A stretch of 15,729 bases of DNA from the NCBI GenBank assembly GCA_040005235.1, contig JBDTZG010000095.1, forward strand, positions 1 to 15,729. Direction: 5' to 3'. This document shows, in pieces, positions 7,461 through 14,305 of this stretch. How positions within the stretch are numbered: position 1 is the first letter of the stretch; every line of letters begins with the position of its first letter. The position numbers were made by a program, and so were the translations under genes. The stretch comes from Acidobacteriota bacterium (GTDB taxonomy: Bacteria; Acidobacteriota; Thermoanaerobaculia; Multivoradales; UBA5704). The notes below the pieces were generated by a model. It saw only the letters and a list, made by a program, of their open reading frames with translations, made no database searches and was not told where the DNA came from.

Positions 7461-8399
7461 GTGCGCGCCCGCCTGATCTGCCTTGCCTTCGTCGTTCCGG
7501 TCCTTCTGGCCGGCTGCGCCGCCGGTCCGCCGAACATCGAGGCCGGCACCGAAGGCCGCATTCAGGTCGCGGTGAGCGTGCCGCCCCAGGCGTATTTCGT
7601 CGATCGGATCGGCGGCGGGCGGGTGAGCGTGCAGGTGATGATTCCGCCCGGCGCTTCAGAGACCAGCTATTCCCCGAGCCCGCGCCAATTGGTGGACCTA
7701 ACTCTGGCGCGGCTCTACGTAAAAGTCGGGCACCCGGCGTTCTTGTTCGAGGCGAACCACATCGACCGCTTTCTCGCCGACCATCGCGAGATCCGGGTGG
7801 TCGACATGTCGGCAGGAATCGAGCCGATTCTCGACGGCGACGGCGAAGGCCGCCCCGAGTCGCCCGGCTTTTTCGGCGAAGAGCAGGAGCCGCACGCCGC
7901 CCACGCCGGAGGCGATCCGCATGTCTGGGTGGCTCCCGCGACGGTTCGAATCGCCGCGGGAAACATCGCCCGCGCTCTCTCCGCGGTCGATCCCGGCCAT
8001 GCGGGGGAGTACCGCCGGAACCTCACGACTTTCTTGGCAGAGATCGATGCGCTCGACCGCGAGATCCGCGCGGACCTCGCGGCCGGCTCGACCCGCCGGT
8101 TCATGGTCTACCACCCGGCGTGGGGCTATTTCGCCCGCGAATACGGGCTCGAACAGGTGGCGATCGAAACGGGAGGGCGCGAGCCGTCCGCGGGCCGCCT
8201 GATCGAGATGATCGACCGCGGCCGGCGCGACGGGGTGCGCGCCGTTTTCGTCCAGCGCGGCTTCGCCCGGAAGAGCGCCGAGGTGATCGCCGAGGCGCTG
8301 GGCGGCGAGGTCGTGGTGGTCGATCCGATGGCCTACGATTGGATCGCGAGCCTGCGGTCCGCCACCCGCGCGTTCGGCCGGGAGATCCATCGTGGCTGA
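7461..8399 (+). CDS. znuA: Zn/Mn ABC transporter substrate-binding lipoprotein (ZnuA/TroA family)
   Basis: GTG 7461 gives the lipoprotein signal MRARLICLAFVVPVLLAG|C. Motifs VSVPPQAYFVDRIGG, HAAHAGGDPHVW and YHPAWGYFAREYGL. Confidence 0.9.
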   Translation: MRARLICLAFVVPVLLAGCAAGPPNIEAGTEGRIQVAVSVPPQAYFVDRIGGGRVSVQVMIPPGASETSYSPSPRQLVDLTLARLYVKVGHPAFLFEANHIDRFLADHREIRVVDMSAGIEPILDGDGEGRPESPGFFGEEQEPHAAHAGGDPHVWVAPATVRIAAGNIARALSAVDPGHAGEYRRNLTTFLAEIDALDREIRADLAAGSTRRFMVYHPAWGYFAREYGLEQVAIETGGREPSAGRLIEMIDRGRRDGVRAVFVQRGFARKSAEVIAEALGGEVVVVDPMAYDWIASLRSATRAFGREIHRG

Positions 8400-9168
8400 G
8401 CCGATTTCCTCTCAAGCCCTCGACGCCGAGCCGGGCGAGCCGCTGATCGAGGTGCGAGAAGTTTCGTTCGGCTACGGCGCGGACCTGGTGCTCGAAGGGG
8501 TGAACCTCGCGATCTACCCGCGCGACTACCTCGCGATCCTCGGGCCGAACGGCGGCGGCAAGACGACTTTGATCAAGCTGCTGCTCGGCCTGCTCGCGCC
8601 GCGCTCGGGATCGATCGTCGACCGTCTGCCCGACCGGCCCGGCAAGCTCGGCTACGTGCCGCAGTTTTCGACCTTCGACCGCGGGTTTCCGCTCCGCGTG
8701 CTCGAAGTGGTACGCATGGGCCGGATCTCGCGCCGCGGCCTGCTCGGCCCCTACAACCGCGACGACCAGCGGGCGGCCGAGGCGATGCTCGAACGGCTCC
8801 ATCTGGGGAGTCTCGCCCGCCGGCCGATCCGCGAGCTGTCGGGCGGCCAGATGCAGCGCGTGCTGATCGCCCGGGCGCTGGTCTCGGAGCCCGCGATCCT
8901 CTTTCTCGACGAACCGACCGCCTCGATCGACGCCGAATCGCGCGAGACGCTGCGCGAGCTGCTGGCGGAGCTGAACCGCACGATCCCGATCGTCGTCGTC
9001 ACCCACGACCCGACCTCGATCGCCTCCGCGGTCCGCCACGTCGCCTGCGTCAACCGCGGCCTGCATTACCACCATGAGCTGACGAACGAAGCGCTCGAAG
9101 AGGCGTACGGCTGCCCCGTCGAGCTGCTCGGCCACGGCGTGCCGCATCGCGTGCTGCACTCGCACTAA
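8392..9168 (+). CDS. znuC: Metal ABC transporter ATP-binding protein
   Basis: Walker A GPNGGGKTT, GYVPQ, LSGGQMQR, LDEPT and VTHD, plus a His/Cys tail YGCPVELLGHGVPHRVLHSH. Overlaps the znuA stop. Confidence 0.93.
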   Translation: MAEPISSQALDAEPGEPLIEVREVSFGYGADLVLEGVNLAIYPRDYLAILGPNGGGKTTLIKLLLGLLAPRSGSIVDRLPDRPGKLGYVPQFSTFDRGFPLRVLEVVRMGRISRRGLLGPYNRDDQRAAEAMLERLHLGSLARRPIRELSGGQMQRVLIARALVSEPAILFLDEPTASIDAESRETLRELLAELNRTIPIVVVTHDPTSIASAVRHVACVNRGLHYHHELTNEALEEAYGCPVELLGHGVPHRVLHSH

Positions 9169-9178
9169 AGTCCCGCCG

Positions 9179-10036
9179 ATGCCTGCCCCCTCGATCCTCC
9201 ACGCGCTGTCGTACGGCTTCGTCCAACACGCGATCCTGGCGGGCGTGCTTTCGGCGATTCTCTGCGGAGTGATCGGCCCGTTCGTGGTGGTCAAAAGGCT
9301 GGCGTTCATCGGCGGCGGCATCAGCCACGCGGCGTTCGGCGGCCTCGGCCTCTGCTTCTTCTTAGGGGTCAATCCGATCTGGGGCGCGATCGGCGTCTCG
9401 CTTCTGTTCGCGGTTCTGCTCGGCTTGGTCGACACGGAAAAAGTCCGCTCGCAGGACGCCCTGATCGGCGTGCTCTGGGCGGCGGGCGTCGCGGTGGGTA
9501 TCGTCTTCATCGCCAAGACCCCGGGCTATGCCCCGAATTTGATGACCTATCTGTTCGGCAACATTCTCCTGGTCACCCGGACGGATGTCTGGATCACTTT
9601 CGCGCTTTCGGCCGTCGTGCTCGCGACCGTAGCGCTGTTCTACAAAGGGCTTGTCGCGGTCGCCTTCGACGAGGTGTTCGCCCGCGTCCAGGGCGCCCCG
9701 GTCCGCTTCCTGCGCACTCTGCTTCTCGTGCTGATGGCGTTGGTCGTGGTGATCCTGATCCAGGTGGTGGGCATCATTTTGGTGATCGCACTCCTCACGA
9801 TCCCGCCGGTCATCGCGCTCATGCTCTGCCGCGATCTCAAATGGGTGATCCTCACCTCCGTCGGTCTGGGCGTCACGATGACGCTCGCGGGTTTGGGGCT
9901 CTCGTACGAGGCGGACCTCCCCTCCGGCCCGGTGATCATTCTGCTCGGCACGGCGGTTCTGCTCGCCGTCTACGCCGCCCGCCGCACCTGGAAAAGGGGG
10001 GGCCTCGAAATCCGCGGTCCGGGCGAGCGCGCTTGA
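9179..10036 (+). CDS. znuB: Metal ABC transporter permease (ABC-3 family)
   Basis: GPFVVVKRLAFIGGGISHAAFGG, YLFGNILLV, AFDEVFA and LPSGPVII; polytopic. Confidence 0.93.
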   Translation: MPAPSILHALSYGFVQHAILAGVLSAILCGVIGPFVVVKRLAFIGGGISHAAFGGLGLCFFLGVNPIWGAIGVSLLFAVLLGLVDTEKVRSQDALIGVLWAAGVAVGIVFIAKTPGYAPNLMTYLFGNILLVTRTDVWITFALSAVVLATVALFYKGLVAVAFDEVFARVQGAPVRFLRTLLLVLMALVVVILIQVVGIILVIALLTIPPVIALMLCRDLKWVILTSVGLGVTMTLAGLGLSYEADLPSGPVIILLGTAVLLAVYAARRTWKRGGLEIRGPGERA

Positions 10037-10040
10037 AGGC

Positions 10041-10046
10041 TACAAT
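10041..10046 (+). promoter_or_regulatory. Putative -10 element (TACAAT) for the peptidase gene
   Basis: Near-consensus hexamer 4 nt after the znuB stop and 42 nt before ATG 10089. CAGGA lies upstream of the start. Confidence 0.5.
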
Positions 10047-10088
10047 CCTCCGACTGCGCTTTCCGGCGCACCCCCAGGACTTTCCTCT

Positions 10089-12179
10089 ATGAACCGCTCG
10101 ATTCTCTTGCTCTTCGGGACGCTGACCATGCTCGCGACGCTCACTTCCGTCCTTCCTTTGCCGGCCCACGCCCAGTCTTCGATCTCTCCGGCCGCGATCG
10201 ATCGCGCGATCGGGGCGACGGTCGCCCTACACGGCGAGACGCAGCGGTCACGACTCGAGCGCGGCGTGCGCCAGGTCGCGGCGCGCTGGTGGGCGGAGGA
10301 CGGCGACGAGGCCGCGTTCCAGACCTTCTGCCGCGAGCAGACGATCACCGACCCCGCCGAGCTGTCCGCTACGTTCGTCCGGCTGGAGACGGCGTTCGAG
10401 CAGATCTACGGCCACTTGTACGAAGTGCGCCGCGACCTGCGCCGGGTTTTCGATCTCGATCTCGGGCCGCTCGGCAAAGCCGACGAGCTGCTCGGCCAGC
10501 TCGACCTCTCGGCGCATGCGACGGACGACCTGTTCAAGACCAAGGTCGCCTTTCTGGTGCTGCTCAACTTTCCGCTCGACTCGCTCGAAATCCGTCTCGC
10601 GCAAGGACCGCATTGGGATCGCAACGCCTGGGCGATCTCGCGCCTGGTCGAGACCTTCGAGCAGCGCGTGGCTCCGGCCGCGCTCCAAGAGACCTCGCGC
10701 GCCTATTCGAACGCCGACAGCTACATTTCGGCCACCAACATCCGGCTCGACCGGCTGGTCGACGGCACCGGCGCAAAGCTGTTTCCGGAAGGGCTTCGCC
10801 TGATCTCCCATTGGGGCCTGCGCGACGAGCTCGCCTCGCACTATCAGGAAGATCCGGACGGCCGCGCGTTCGACCGCCAGCAGACGATCTACCGCGTGAT
10901 GCAGCGGATCATTCGCCAGGAGATTCCGGCCGCGGTGATCGACAACGGCGACCTGCTCTGGAATCCGGGCACCAACGAGGTCCGGCCGGTCGATCCAAGC
11001 CAGCCTTTCGATCGGGAAAAGGCGCAGGTGCGCGAGGCCGACGTCCGCTACGCGAAACTCCTCGAGGTGTTCCACGCCGAGTGCGGCATCGACCCCTACA
11101 CGCCGAGCGTGCCGAGCCTGATCGACCGCCAATTCAACTCGAACCGCCAGGTGCCGGAGCCGGAGGTCGAAGCGCTCCTGATCTCGGTGCTCGAATCCGC
11201 GGAGGTGGGCGATCTCGCGAAGCTGATCCGCCAGAAGCTCGGCCGGCCGCTCGCGCCGTTCGACATCTGGTATGCCGGCTTCAAGCCGAGGAGCGGCCAC
11301 ACCGAGGCGGATCTCGACAAGATCGTCCACGCGAAATACCCCAACCTGGAGGCGTTCCAGACGGGGCTGCCCGCGCTCTTGGGCCAGCTCGGCTTCGCAC
11401 CCGACAAAGCGAAGTTCCTCTCCGACCGGATCGTCGTCGATCCCGCCCGTGGCGCGGGACATGCGATGCCCGCCGTGCGGCGCGAAGACAAGGTCCACCT
11501 GCGCACCCGGGTGCCCGCCGGGGGGATGGATTACAAGGGGTACAACATTGCGATCCACGAGCTGGGTCATAACGTGGAGCAGGTTTTTTCGCTTCACGCC
11601 ATCGACCACTGGACGCTCGCCGGGGTGCCGAACAACGCGTTCACCGAGGCGCTCGCCTTCGTCTTCCAGCACCGGGATCTGGAGCTGCTCGGCCTTGGGC
11701 TCCAAGACGAAGAAGCCCGTCGCGCCGAAGCGCTCGCGACCCTCTGGACCACCTACGAAATCTCCGGCGTCTCGCTGGTCGATATGCGCGTTTGGCGCTG
11801 GATGTACGCCCACCCGAACGCCACACCGGCCGAGCTGCGCGAAGCGACGGTCACGATCGCCCGCGAGGTCTGGAACAGCTGGTACGCCCCGCATTTCGGA
11901 GTCCAGGATTCCGAAATCCTCGGCGTCTACTCGCACATGATCGCCTTCGGTCTCTACCTTCCCGACTACGCGCTCGGCCACCTGATCGCCTTCCAAGTTG
12001 CCGAGCAGTTCCAGAAGGGAGACTTCGGAACCGAATTCGAACGGGTGGCCAAACAAGGCCGCCTCACGCCCGACGCCTGGATGCGCGGAGCGGTGGGAAC
12101 GCCCCTCTCCGCCAAGCCGCTCCTCACCGCGGCAAGAGCCGCGCTCGCCGCAGAGTCGGTTTCAGAAGCGGCCAATTAG
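10089..12179 (+). CDS. Secreted zinc metallopeptidase, gluzincin (M3/M2/M32-like), uncharacterised
   Basis: Sec signal ending AHA|Q. HELGH at 11556-11570, a downstream Glu in NNAFTEALA, and a C-terminal H...YLPDY segment. Confidence 0.8.
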   Translation: MNRSILLLFGTLTMLATLTSVLPLPAHAQSSISPAAIDRAIGATVALHGETQRSRLERGVRQVAARWWAEDGDEAAFQTFCREQTITDPAELSATFVRLETAFEQIYGHLYEVRRDLRRVFDLDLGPLGKADELLGQLDLSAHATDDLFKTKVAFLVLLNFPLDSLEIRLAQGPHWDRNAWAISRLVETFEQRVAPAALQETSRAYSNADSYISATNIRLDRLVDGTGAKLFPEGLRLISHWGLRDELASHYQEDPDGRAFDRQQTIYRVMQRIIRQEIPAAVIDNGDLLWNPGTNEVRPVDPSQPFDREKAQVREADVRYAKLLEVFHAECGIDPYTPSVPSLIDRQFNSNRQVPEPEVEALLISVLESAEVGDLAKLIRQKLGRPLAPFDIWYAGFKPRSGHTEADLDKIVHAKYPNLEAFQTGLPALLGQLGFAPDKAKFLSDRIVVDPARGAGHAMPAVRREDKVHLRTRVPAGGMDYKGYNIAIHELGHNVEQVFSLHAIDHWTLAGVPNNAFTEALAFVFQHRDLELLGLGLQDEEARRAEALATLWTTYEISGVSLVDMRVWRWMYAHPNATPAELREATVTIAREVWNSWYAPHFGVQDSEILGVYSHMIAFGLYLPDYALGHLIAFQVAEQFQKGDFGTEFERVAKQGRLTPDAWMRGAVGTPLSAKPLLTAARAALAAESVSEAAN

Positions 12180-12206
12180 CGATCGGATGCCTTGAGGTAA
12201 AAGCCG

Positions 12207-13403
12207 GTGCGACCAGACGAGCCCGTTCGGCGTAGTGTCCCTTCCCGCGGGGAGGGGGATGGAGGCACCGGGGGGAGGACAGGAGGGGGGCCGCTCCAAC
12301 CTCCCAAGCGCTTCTACGCCCTCGACGCCTTTCGCGGCGTCGCGGCCCTCTCGATCGTCTTCTGGCACTGGCAGCATTTCTTCTTCCGCGACGGCCTCCC
12401 CGGCCCAGGCGCCCGGCCGTGGCACGGCTTCTTCCTGCTGTTCTACGTCTACGGCCAGCTCGCGGTCGAGCTGTTCTTCGCCCTCTCGGGCTTCATCTTC
12501 TTCTGGCTCTACGCCCAACAGATCGCCGACCGCGCGGTCACGGCGCGCGACTTCTTCCTCCGCCGCTTCTCGCGCCTCGTGCCGCTCCATCTCGTCACTC
12601 TGTTTCTCGTGGTCCTGGGCCAACTCGCCTACCGCCGCTGGTTCGGATCCGACTTCGTCTATCCGAACAACGACCTCCGCCACTTCGTGCCGAATCTCCT
12701 CCTCGTCTCCGCCTGGGGACTCGGCTATTCGCACTCCTTCAACGGCCCTATCTGGTCGGTCTCGGTCGAAATCTTTCTCTACCTCCTGTTCTTCCTCCTC
12801 TGCCGTACGGTGCCGATCCGCGCCCTCGTCCTCCTCGCGGTCTCCGCCTTGGGATATTTCCTCCTCGCCCAATGGGAAATGCCCATCGGCCGCGGAATGA
12901 TCGCGTTCTTCTTGGGCGGCTGCGTCTACCGCGCCTACGCCTGGAGCTTGAAGTCAGGAGCCGCCGAGAGACTCGCTCGCGTCCTACCCTGGGTGACCGC
13001 CGCCCTTTGGGCCGGAGCAATCCTCGCGGTCTACACGCCGAGTTTCCACCTCGACGCCTGGCCCTGGGTGAAGGCTCACCCCTTGGTCACCACGATCGGT
13101 CCGGCAGTGCTTCTGTTCCCGATCACCATCCTCACCCTAGCCCTCGCCGAAACTCAAAGAGGCACCTTCTGGAAACGTACCTCCTACCTGGGCGATCTCT
13201 CGTACTCCTTGTACCTGATCCACTTTCCGTTGCAGCTCACGTTTGCGCTCGTGGCGGGCTGGCTTTCGGTGGATCGGACGTTTTTTTCCAGACCGATCGC
13301 GCTGGGCCTCTTCTTCGTGGTTCTGCTTCCATTGTCGTGGGTGAGCTATCGGTTTTTGGAGATACCGGCTCAGCGGTGGTTGCGGGGGCGGCTGGTGGGT
13401 TAG
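12207..13403 (+). CDS. Acyltransferase-3 family (OafA/YrhL-like) membrane O-acyltransferase
   Basis: LDAFRGVAALSIVFWH, VELFFALSGF, RRFSRLVPLH, WSVSVEIFLY, LGDLSYSLYLIHFP and SYRFLEIP. GAGGT lies before GTG 12207; the start is uncertain. Confidence 0.92.
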   Translation: MRPDEPVRRSVPSRGEGDGGTGGRTGGGPLQPPKRFYALDAFRGVAALSIVFWHWQHFFFRDGLPGPGARPWHGFFLLFYVYGQLAVELFFALSGFIFFWLYAQQIADRAVTARDFFLRRFSRLVPLHLVTLFLVVLGQLAYRRWFGSDFVYPNNDLRHFVPNLLLVSAWGLGYSHSFNGPIWSVSVEIFLYLLFFLLCRTVPIRALVLLAVSALGYFLLAQWEMPIGRGMIAFFLGGCVYRAYAWSLKSGAAERLARVLPWVTAALWAGAILAVYTPSFHLDAWPWVKAHPLVTTIGPAVLLFPITILTLALAETQRGTFWKRTSYLGDLSYSLYLIHFPLQLTFALVAGWLSVDRTFFSRPIALGLFFVVLLPLSWVSYRFLEIPAQRWLRGRLVG

Positions 13404-13652
13404 ATCTCCTTGGCCCACCCCGTTCGTCAATCGCGAGGCGCCTCTAAGGCCGGATAACCGGCTTAGGTTCCCCCGGCGCCGGCGAGCTTTTCTGCCGCTC
13501 CGGCGAGGCGCAATTGTCAACCAGCCCCGCCCCCACCCAACCACCCGCCGCCCCCCTCCAGGCAGGCCCCCCCGGCGCCAGGGCAACCACCCGAATGGCA
13601 AGGTCGTCGACTTATCGAGACGCTGTGACAACGTCAACCCATCAACCCGGAT

Positions 13653-13698
13653 GGTCCCATGCTTGTGGCTAACCCCCGGTCCCTTCCTGGTGGCTAAC
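13653..13698 (+). repeat. 21-nt direct repeat, two copies, period 25
   Basis: ggtcccatgcttgtggctaac (13653-13673) and ggtcccttcctggtggctaac (13678-13698) are 18/21 identical. Confidence 0.85.
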
Positions 13699-14128
13699 GA
13701 CAAGATGAAGACACCGGCGGAACGATCAGCGTCGTGACGTAAAGTGCATGTCTCCATGAGCCCTGGCCGGCGGCGAACGCGGCCCGGAGTTCGGTGACCG
13801 TCGAGCCCGGATTTGCGACCGGTGAGTTCGGTGATCCGATCGAGGCGAGTGATTTTCTGAGTGAACCGAGCGGTTTTCTGAGCGCCGAATTCGCCGAGCG
13901 GGCTCAAATCGGCCGTTCTGATCGAGCCGAGGCTTTTCGGGAATCGGATGGGCGGTTCTCGCATCGAGCGAAGGGGTTTTCCCGCGCAGGAATTGTCTTG
14001 GTCGATCCGGAAAATGCCTTTTCGGGCCGGGGAGTAGCCTCCCCATCGAGAATGGCGAATTCGGCGGCGGGAAAAACGCTCCGTGCACCCAGGCGAGCGA
14101 ATACGGCGATAGGGCGCCGCGATGGGTC

Positions 14129-14264
14129 GGCTTTCAGCCCTGGGTGTTGGACGGCCGCCAAACCTGGGCCTGCGCCCAGGCTATTTTGGAGAGCGCCTTC
14201 GGCGTTCGAAACCACCACGTCCCGTAGGGACGTCGTATTCGAGCGAGCGATTTCAATCGCTCGC
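14129..14264. repeat. Cluster of REP-like palindromes; may also terminate pmbA transcription
   Basis: Hairpins ggct-ttc-agcc (14129-14139), cctgggc-ctgc-gcccagg (14163-14180), agcgcc-ttc-ggcgtt (14192-14206), acgtccc-gta-gggacgt (14217-14233) and gcgagcgatt-tc-aatcgctcgc (14243-14264). Confidence 0.75.
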
Positions 14265-14305
14265 GGTCGTCGCGATCGCTTCCACCTTACTACGCAACAC
14301 CGACC

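Noticed and set aside
8101-12056. Long antisense ORFs (471 aa at 8101-9516, 602 aa at 10248-12056) and similar ones elsewhere
   Set aside because: Shadow ORFs expected in high-GC DNA opposite well-supported genes.
13420-13428. Exact AlgR-like CCGTTCGTC
   Set aside because: Single copy with no partner 21 bp away and not upstream of a gene; likely chance.
13440-13500. Partial resemblance to the TPP riboswitch 3' half (ccggataa..ccggc..agg) or the ykkC tail (agaaaagc on the minus strand)
   Set aside because: The essential CTGAGA/CCTGAT or AGGGTTCCG elements are absent, and there is no downstream gene to regulate in a sensible position.
13438-13512. tRNA-like start (GCGCCTC-TA-AGGC...GCTT) with a 7-bp acceptor-like stem and about 75 nt length
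   Set aside because: No paired anticodon stem, no TTCRA T-loop and no CCA.
13653-13880. Direct repeats as a possible mini-CRISPR
   Set aside because: Only two copies each, spacers are too short or irregular, and there are no cas genes.
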